A stretch of 55,949 bases of DNA, from positions 1-55,949 of the forward strand of contig JAHFMM010000001.1 of NCBI GenBank assembly GCA_023264495.1, given 5' to 3'. Origin of the DNA: a bacterium. GTDB lineage: Bacteria; Patescibacteriota; Minisyncoccia; Phycocordibacterales; Phycocordibacteraceae. The stretch's first letter is position 1, and the number at the start of each line of letters is the position of its first letter. This document shows, one piece after another, positions 49,604 to 55,949 of this stretch. Made by a program: the position numbers and the translations under genes. The notes under the pieces were generated by a model, which was not told where the DNA came from, ran no database searches, and saw only the letters and a program-made list of their open reading frames with translations.

Positions 49604-52600
49604 TTGAAGCAGTATTACACTCATCCTGTTACGGTCGCTTGTCTCGCTCTTATTGCGAGCGTTGGGAGCTTCTTCATCTATCAGAGTCTCGTCTCCGCAG
49701 CATCGTTTAACTTTATACAAGAGGGTTGGACAGGCGGTGTAACCAGCACTACCGCATATCACGGTACGAGCCCTCAACCAAACAATCAAACAGGGTGGAC
49801 CAAATTCTCTGCCACATCAACTCTGATGACCGTCGGTTCCACCGTGGCACTCACTCCTGTTGCGATGTCGTTCACCGATGATGGCACAGTCTCGACCACA
49901 TCGGCGAACTCGTCGCTCCCCAACTCAGCAAGTGGCGGAACCTTTGGATCGGGTACAAACTCATCAACAGCGATAACCGGTTCTGGAAGCGGAGCGAGTA
50001 TTACATTAACACCAGCAGGCACGCAAGCAGAATGCAACGCTCTCGCTACAAGTACGGGATCGGTCGTTGCATCCCTCTCGAGCGGTTATTGTTATATTCA
50101 ATTTAATTCATCGGGCACCTTTATCCCAACTGTTCCACTCAGCGTTGACTATCTTGTGGTGGGTGGCGGTGGTACTGGCGGGACATATGGCGGTGCCTTC
50201 GGGCCTGGTGGCGGTGGTGGCGCGGGAGGCTTTCTTTCTGGAGCAACAAGTACAACAGCGGTAACCTATACGGTAGTCGTCGGCGCACCAGCAGCGACAT
50301 CATCTATTTCCTTCAATCAAGGAACAATACAAGCTTATGCAGGCGGTGCCGGAGGCAGTGACAGAGGCGGTGCCGGAGGATCGGGTGGTGGTGCTGGAGG
50401 TGGCAAAACTAATCATACTGGTGGGGCAGGCACTTCAGGTCAAGGGAATAATGGTGGGGCAACCACTAACTGTCATTCCGGGGGTAATGGTTACTCTGCC
50501 GGAGCGGGCGGTGGCGGCGCGAATGCAGTGGGTGGTGATTCTAAGACTGACGCTCAAGGCGGTGGCGGTGGCGCTGGAGGAGCAGGAAAGGAGTGGCCAA
50601 CAGGGTCAGGAAATTATTATGCCGGTGGTGGCGGTGGTGGTGGCTATCCAAACACAACTTACTGCAGTGTCGCCGGGCCGGTAGGGTTAGGCGGTATAGG
50701 TGGAGGAGGGGGTGGTAGTAGTTCAACTACACCGTCCACCATAGGCACTCCAAATACTGGAGGTGGCGGAGGAAGCGGGTCAAGGCTTGGTGGTTCTGGC
50801 GTCGTTATCATTAGATATGCAGATGCACCAGTTTCTGGCACGTTCACTTCTGCTGTCATAAATCTTGGCAGTAAGACGGACTTCACCAGCAAAACATTTA
50901 CTTGGACAGATAACGCACAAGGGACTATCACGATGCGCGTGCGTGCGGCGGACAATAGCGGTATGAACTCCGGTTTGGTTGATTGGCAGACCATTGCTAA
51001 AGACGGCAGACTCGACTTGCTGACAAACTCTATTCAGGGAAAGCAATACATTCAATATGAAGCAACCTTGATTTCGGGGGCCGTTCTCAATAATGTTACC
51101 GTCAACTACAATCAATACCCCGCAACAGGGAGTCTGACGTCCTCGGTGTACGACACGCAGGACTCGACCAATGTGCCATCGAGCGTTGCATGGGCGACAA
51201 GCGGTACAGGGAGCGACGAGACAATCAAGCTTCAGGTGCGTACCTCTGCTGACGGAAATACATGGACCTCGTGGTGCGGAGCGTCCGCATGCAACGACAC
51301 CGATACTTTTACCTCTTCTCCGGGTACTATTAGCTCAAGCCACCCCCTCATCACTGATAGTATTGCCGACCGCTATATCCAATACAAAGCACTCTTCACC
51401 TCGAGCGGGGATGCGACGCTTACGCTCACCTCGGTCTCCCTTTCTTATGTGATCAACGTTGCTCCTGACGTAACGAATGTTACAGCGGTGCAGGGGAGTA
51501 CTAGCCTGGTAACGGTCGGCTATAATGTCGCCGACACCGACACTTCTACGGGAGTTGTTGATGTGACGCTCCAATACTGTCCAACAGGATTAACGTGTAC
51601 TCAGAACAGCGATACTAATTGGGTAAATGCAACGGCTGTTACCGGGCATGTTGGCACAGGAGTCGCGCTTGGCACCAGCAAGACCATAACGTGGACACCC
51701 GCGACTGATTACAGCAATCAATACAATTCCGGAGAGAAGATACGCGTCAAAGCGAGCGATCGCGAACTCGCTAATGCCTATGGGTACGGCATATCATCAT
51801 CTTTCACGCTCGACACGGCGGTACCCGTTATCACGGTCGCTACGCTCGATTCCTCAGCAACACCTGATAGGGTGAACATCACCGCCACGGATAATTCAAC
51901 AATCACCTACAGTCTCTGCAACGCATCCAACTTCACCGGGTGCGACACATGGCTCACGATCGATTCAGGTGTCGCGACCTCTTCTGCGTGGTCGGCAACT
52001 GGCTCTCCCAACGCTGAGACGGTATACATCAAAGTCCGCGATGCATACGGCAATGTGTCTACCAATATCACGAGTGTGACGGCTCCCGCAACCCCAGCAA
52101 GCTTCCTTAATGCCGACATCTCGAACCCGGCGGCGCAGTCATATGGCGAGGCCTTGAGCTGGTTGGTTGTTACAAATGCAGCTTCATACAAGGTGTACTA
52201 TGCGACGACGACAGCGGCCAGTACGGTGCCATCGGCGTCGGCGTACACATTGCTCGCAAGCCCGACGTCGAACATTTATTCACACAACATAACTACTGCG
52301 ACCTCATCTGCGTATTGGTATAAGGTTGCCGCAATAAATACGAATGGCGATATTTCAAACTTCACCACTATGGCGACAGGAGACGTGCCCGACAGCTACG
52401 GCACCCAGCTTCCTGACTCTGCGGCGCCGGTCATTACCGCAAGCTCCGTCGCTATCTCAAGCAACACACTCAAGAGTACCTCGGCAACCATCACTTTCAC
52501 CACTGATGAGATCGCGAGTTCCACCATTCGTTACTCATCAGCTATAGAGCACTCCCCGACCCCAGACGATACCTGTGCGTATGATCATTTTGCGTACTCT

Positions 52601-54796
52601 GGTAGCACCTACGTTACATCTCATAGTGTCTCCCTCACCAGTCTTACACCAAACACCGACTATTACTTCTGCATCTCTGCTGCTGATGCAGTGGGGAATA
52701 CGACAAGTCCAACACAAAACGCTTCTTATGGTACTTTCACATTCCACACCACAAGCGGACCAATCGTCTCAGGTGTTACTGATCAGAATACGGCCGGCAA
52801 TTCGACCACTATCTTCTGGAATACCTCTGTCGCGGCGGACTCGCATGCGTATTACTCGATGAGCAACACGCTCGCGAACCCTACCGTGAAGGGTACTGCC
52901 GATCTCGTTACGACTGCCGCTTCGCCCGGCGTCTATCAGCATCAAGTCGGCCTCTCGGGCCTCACGTCAGGTGTGAAATATTACTACTACGTTACCTCGA
53001 CCGATACTGATGGCAACACGACGACCGACAACAATAATGGCGCCTATTATAACTTCACAACCACGACCGATACGACCGCTCCTGCCATTTCGAATATCAC
53101 CACCCCCGTTCTTTCCGCTACAGCAGCTGTGATCACATGGCAGACCGACGAGCCGGCGACGAGCCAGATTACTTGGGGTACGGCGAGCGGCGCGCTCACT
53201 CGCACGACCGTCCTCGACTCAACAGCCTCGATTTACCACATCGTAACGCTCTCAAGCGCGACAAATGATACAACGAGCGCTATGCAAGTACTCACTGCTT
53301 CGACCCCGTATTACTACAAGGTCTTCTCAGCTGATACTACGGGCAATCAAGCATCTTCGACTGAAAAAACCCTCACGACTCCCTCGTCAGGTGACGTTAC
53401 TATCGTTGCAGGCGGCGGCGGCTCGGGCGGAGCGGGTTCAGGCTCGACCTCAGATGCAAATGCAGCGAAGATTATCAGTGCAACGGTCGACAATATCACC
53501 GCTTTCGGCGCTGATGTGAAGGTTACGACCGATAAAGATACGGTTACGACGATTAGTTATGGACCGACAGCTGTATACGGATCGAGCGTAGGGACGACGC
53601 TCTTCTCCGCATCAAAGACCATTTCGCTCTCGAATCTTACTGAGGGTACCACCTACCATTACCAAGTCATCGTATTCGATAAGGCCGGACACACGACCTC
53701 GTCTGGCGACCAGACATTTGATACCACGTTCGCTTCTGAAGCGCTCGACAACCTCATGACGCTTAGTAATGCCGCCGCCATCCAGAATAAACTCCAAGAC
53801 CTCATCCAGTCGGCACTCCCATCGCTCGCGCCGCCATTCATTACATCGCCCGTCGTGAGCTCGACAACCGAGAGTTCCGCAACCATTACCTGGAATACCA
53901 ACGTGAAAACGATGGGAACGCTCCGCTATGCGACCGCCGCTGACTACGCGGCGAATAAAGATTACACGACTGAAGTCTCGGCTGATCCGGTTGACTCGAT
54001 GGCGGTCGCACATGCGGTGGGTCTCGCCGCACTCACCCCGAACACGCTCTACCACTTCCAGGCGCGCTCCTATGTCTTCCCGCAAGTAGTTGGTTCAAGC
54101 CCAGACATAACCTTCTCGACGAGAGCCGCCGCTATCAGTCCGAATATCGTTGCAGTAAAGAATAACGGATTCACGGTCGTTTGGCAGTCTGCTGATCCGA
54201 CCTCCTCTATCGTGAATTACAAGAACGTGACAACCGGCCAAAGCGCAGTCCTCACCGACGAGACCAAGACCTCCTATCACAGTGTCGAGATCAAGGACCT
54301 TCCTTCAGGGGCCACCTATACCGTCTTTGTCTCCGGTAAGAACGCAAACGGCAATACTGCCGGTTCCGATCAGCCGATCAGCGTTACGACGAGTGTCGAC
54401 CTCACTCCGCCGGTCATCAGTAACTTCAAGGTTGATAATGCGCTTATCCCTGGCCGCGCCGACTTGATCCAGACCGTTGTCGGGTGGCAGACCGACAAGC
54501 TCGCGAACTCGACGGTCTATTATGAAGAAGGGGCGGGTAGCCAGAATGCGACCTCGACCGAGCTTAAGAACAAGACCGAATCGCTCGATGTCTACTCCAC
54601 GTCGCACGTCATGATCCTCGCCAGCCTCAAGCCAGGTACGGTCTACCGCATCAAGATCGTCTCGACTGATCAGAGCGGTAACACCAAGACCTTCGGCCCT
54701 ACCAGTATCATCACGCCGCAACAGACTCAGTCAGTCCTCGATATCATCGTCAAGAACTTCGCCGACACCTTCAGCTTCCTTGGGGCAGGGCAGTAA
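49604..54796 (+). CDS. Large secreted/surface protein with a glycine-rich domain and about 7 fibronectin type III-like repeats
   Basis: 1730 aa, TTG start, signal/TM segment, Ser/Thr-rich; repeated I.W.T...A.S.V.Y...H.V.L..L.P.T.YYY units. Confidence 0.88.
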   Translation: MKQYYTHPVTVACLALIASVGSFFIYQSLVSAASFNFIQEGWTGGVTSTTAYHGTSPQPNNQTGWTKFSATSTLMTVGSTVALTPVAMSFTDDGTVSTTSANSSLPNSASGGTFGSGTNSSTAITGSGSGASITLTPAGTQAECNALATSTGSVVASLSSGYCYIQFNSSGTFIPTVPLSVDYLVVGGGGTGGTYGGAFGPGGGGGAGGFLSGATSTTAVTYTVVVGAPAATSSISFNQGTIQAYAGGAGGSDRGGAGGSGGGAGGGKTNHTGGAGTSGQGNNGGATTNCHSGGNGYSAGAGGGGANAVGGDSKTDAQGGGGGAGGAGKEWPTGSGNYYAGGGGGGGYPNTTYCSVAGPVGLGGIGGGGGGSSSTTPSTIGTPNTGGGGGSGSRLGGSGVVIIRYADAPVSGTFTSAVINLGSKTDFTSKTFTWTDNAQGTITMRVRAADNSGMNSGLVDWQTIAKDGRLDLLTNSIQGKQYIQYEATLISGAVLNNVTVNYNQYPATGSLTSSVYDTQDSTNVPSSVAWATSGTGSDETIKLQVRTSADGNTWTSWCGASACNDTDTFTSSPGTISSSHPLITDSIADRYIQYKALFTSSGDATLTLTSVSLSYVINVAPDVTNVTAVQGSTSLVTVGYNVADTDTSTGVVDVTLQYCPTGLTCTQNSDTNWVNATAVTGHVGTGVALGTSKTITWTPATDYSNQYNSGEKIRVKASDRELANAYGYGISSSFTLDTAVPVITVATLDSSATPDRVNITATDNSTITYSLCNASNFTGCDTWLTIDSGVATSSAWSATGSPNAETVYIKVRDAYGNVSTNITSVTAPATPASFLNADISNPAAQSYGEALSWLVVTNAASYKVYYATTTAASTVPSASAYTLLASPTSNIYSHNITTATSSAYWYKVAAINTNGDISNFTTMATGDVPDSYGTQLPDSAAPVITASSVAISSNTLKSTSATITFTTDEIASSTIRYSSAIEHSPTPDDTCAYDHFAYSGSTYVTSHSVSLTSLTPNTDYYFCISAADAVGNTTSPTQNASYGTFTFHTTSGPIVSGVTDQNTAGNSTTIFWNTSVAADSHAYYSMSNTLANPTVKGTADLVTTAASPGVYQHQVGLSGLTSGVKYYYYVTSTDTDGNTTTDNNNGAYYNFTTTTDTTAPAISNITTPVLSATAAVITWQTDEPATSQITWGTASGALTRTTVLDSTASIYHIVTLSSATNDTTSAMQVLTASTPYYYKVFSADTTGNQASSTEKTLTTPSSGDVTIVAGGGGSGGAGSGSTSDANAAKIISATVDNITAFGADVKVTTDKDTVTTISYGPTAVYGSSVGTTLFSASKTISLSNLTEGTTYHYQVIVFDKAGHTTSSGDQTFDTTFASEALDNLMTLSNAAAIQNKLQDLIQSALPSLAPPFITSPVVSSTTESSATITWNTNVKTMGTLRYATAADYAANKDYTTEVSADPVDSMAVAHAVGLAALTPNTLYHFQARSYVFPQVVGSSPDITFSTRAAAISPNIVAVKNNGFTVVWQSADPTSSIVNYKNVTTGQSAVLTDETKTSYHSVEIKDLPSGATYTVFVSGKNANGNTAGSDQPISVTTSVDLTPPVISNFKVDNALIPGRADLIQTVVGWQTDKLANSTVYYEEGAGSQNATSTELKNKTESLDVYSTSHVMILASLKPGTVYRIKIVSTDQSGNTKTFGPTSIITPQQTQSVLDIIVKNFADTFSFLGAGQ

Positions 54797-54806
54797 CAGA
54801 TGAAAC

Positions 54807-54840
54807 AGAAAACCCGTCCGCGCATGCGGACGGGTTTTCT
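54807..54840. terminator. Bidirectional terminator
   Basis: AGAAAACCCGTCCGC-gcat-GCGGACGGGTTTTCT between convergent genes. Confidence 0.8.
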
Positions 54841-54843
54841 CTT

Positions 54844-54933
54844 TGGCGGAGACGGTGGGATTCGAACCCACGGGGGCATTTCTGCCCCGCCTCGTTAGCA
54901 GTGAGGTACTTTCGACCACTCAGCCACGTCTCC
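54844..54933 (-). tRNA. tRNA-Ser(GCT)
   Basis: GGAGACG acceptor stem, CT-GCT-AA anticodon loop, long variable arm, GGTTCGAATCC T-loop, encoded CCA. Confidence 0.95.
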
Positions 54934-54986
54934 GTGGAGATAGAATATCACAAGACTTACTAACGTGCCTGCTTCTCAGGCGTTTT

Positions 54987-55613
54987 TCAATGCGAAAGAG
55001 CGATAGGGATGATATGTTTTGCGCCCGCGGCAGTCAGCGCATCGATACCTGCTTGGAGCGTGGCGCCGGTCGTGAGGACGTCATCAATGATGATATACGT
55101 CGTTTCCGGATAGAGGACATGCGCGGCGCCGAAGGCGCCGCGCATGTTCGCTTCTCGCTCCGCACGCGGGAGTGAGACTTGCGACACGGTCTCACGGACG
55201 CGAGAAAGAATATTTGCGTGCAGGACAATGCGAGACATGCCTTCTGCGCCAAGCACACCAAGAGCGCATCGTGCCACTTCTTCGGTCTGATTAAATCCGC
55301 GCGTCTTACGCCGGAGCTTCCCGAGCGGTATGGGTATGAGCGTTCCTGCCTGCACGTCCTCGTCAAGATCGCGCAGGTATTCGGCGAGAACGCCGCCAAG
55401 AAGAGTGATGGCGCGGCGATTCCCATGATATTTTGCTTCATGCATGAGAGATGCCACCATCGGATCAGAGAATGAGAGAAGCGTTACCGTCCCCGGCCGT
55501 GTTGCCGGAGAGAGTTGCGGCGAGACACGGCTCGATACGTCATCTTCGGTCGCCTGGCGGACCGCAAGCTCGTCCACACGAGGAGGGAAGAGAAGGTCAA
55601 GGAAGCGCTTCAT
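54987..55613 (-). CDS. comF: ComF family phosphoribosyltransferase-like competence protein
   Basis: IPIPL...R...RGFNQ, R.ANM.GAF, IIIDDVLTTGATL. Confidence 0.88.
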   Translation of the reverse strand: MKRFLDLLFPPRVDELAVRQATEDDVSSRVSPQLSPATRPGTVTLLSFSDPMVASLMHEAKYHGNRRAITLLGGVLAEYLRDLDEDVQAGTLIPIPLGKLRRKTRGFNQTEEVARCALGVLGAEGMSRIVLHANILSRVRETVSQVSLPRAEREANMRGAFGAAHVLYPETTYIIIDDVLTTGATLQAGIDALTAAGAKHIIPIALSH

Positions 55614-55630
55614 GGTAGTATTATTCTCAC

Positions 55631-55949
55631 ATGGCGTTCCTCGATTTCCTATTTCAGAAGAAGGCGCAAAGCGTTCTGGGCGTTGACATCGGCTCATCGT
55701 CTCTCAAGGTCGTGCAGCTCCGCCGCGAGCGCGGGCAGGCAGTGCTTGAGACGTATGGCGAGCTCGCGCTCGGCCCTTATGGCGGATCGGAGGTTGGCCA
55801 GGCGACCAATCTCTCGGCTGAGCAGGTAACCGAGACGCTCACTGACCTCCTGCGCGAGGCGAAGGTGACGACAACGCAGTGCGGTGTCTCGATACCGTTT
55901 GCCCGATCGCTGCTTGCTCTCGTGAAGCTTCCCTATCGCAAGGACACGA
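55631..55949 (+). CDS. pilM: Type IV pilus assembly protein PilM (5' part, runs off the window)
   Basis: My translation: MAFLDFLFQKKAQSVLGVDIGSSSLKVVQL...LETYGELAL; absent from the ORF track because it has no stop in the window. Confidence 0.88.
   Translation, partial: MAFLDFLFQKKAQSVLGVDIGSSSLKVVQLRRERGQAVLETYGELALGPYGGSEVGQATNLSAEQVTETLTDLLREAKVTTTQCGVSIPFARSLLALVKLPYRKDT

Noticed and set aside
48000..54933. Genomic island integrated at tRNA-Ser
   Set aside because: No integrase, and I found no duplicated tRNA 3' end.

Overview
Chromosomal segment of a Candidate Phyla Radiation (Patescibacteria, probably Parcubacteria) bacterium. The taxonomy is inferred from gene content: no rpmD/L30 between rpsE and rplO, pilM, comF, a large FN3 surface protein and SD-poor starts. 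Bases 1-21.3 kb hold the str/S10/spc ribosomal cluster (rpsL to secY, adk, map, ndk), broken by a RelE-type TA pair, a HopJ-DapD fusion gene, an RsiV-like gene and two small ORFs. The main finding is a diversity-generating retroelement (DGR) cassette at 21.5-23.7 kb with no reverse transcriptase or Avd gene in the window. It comprises a PcfJ-like target gene with a C-terminal variable repeat, a GATA-loop hairpin, and a 135-bp template repeat that appears to lie in its own promoter/structured leader/terminator unit. Of 17 TR-VR mismatches, 14 are at TR adenines. The rest of the window carries housekeeping genes (infC-rpmI-rplT, nth, mutY, rnj, secG, groES/EL, a MacAB-like ABC system), five TA modules in total (two bracketed by an 80-bp double-hairpin repeat), a probable 6S-like RNA, many REP-like palindromes (several in-frame inside proteins), a 1730-aa surface protein, tRNA-Ser(GCT), comF and a partial pilM. 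Family calls come from motif recognition by eye, not from database searches.
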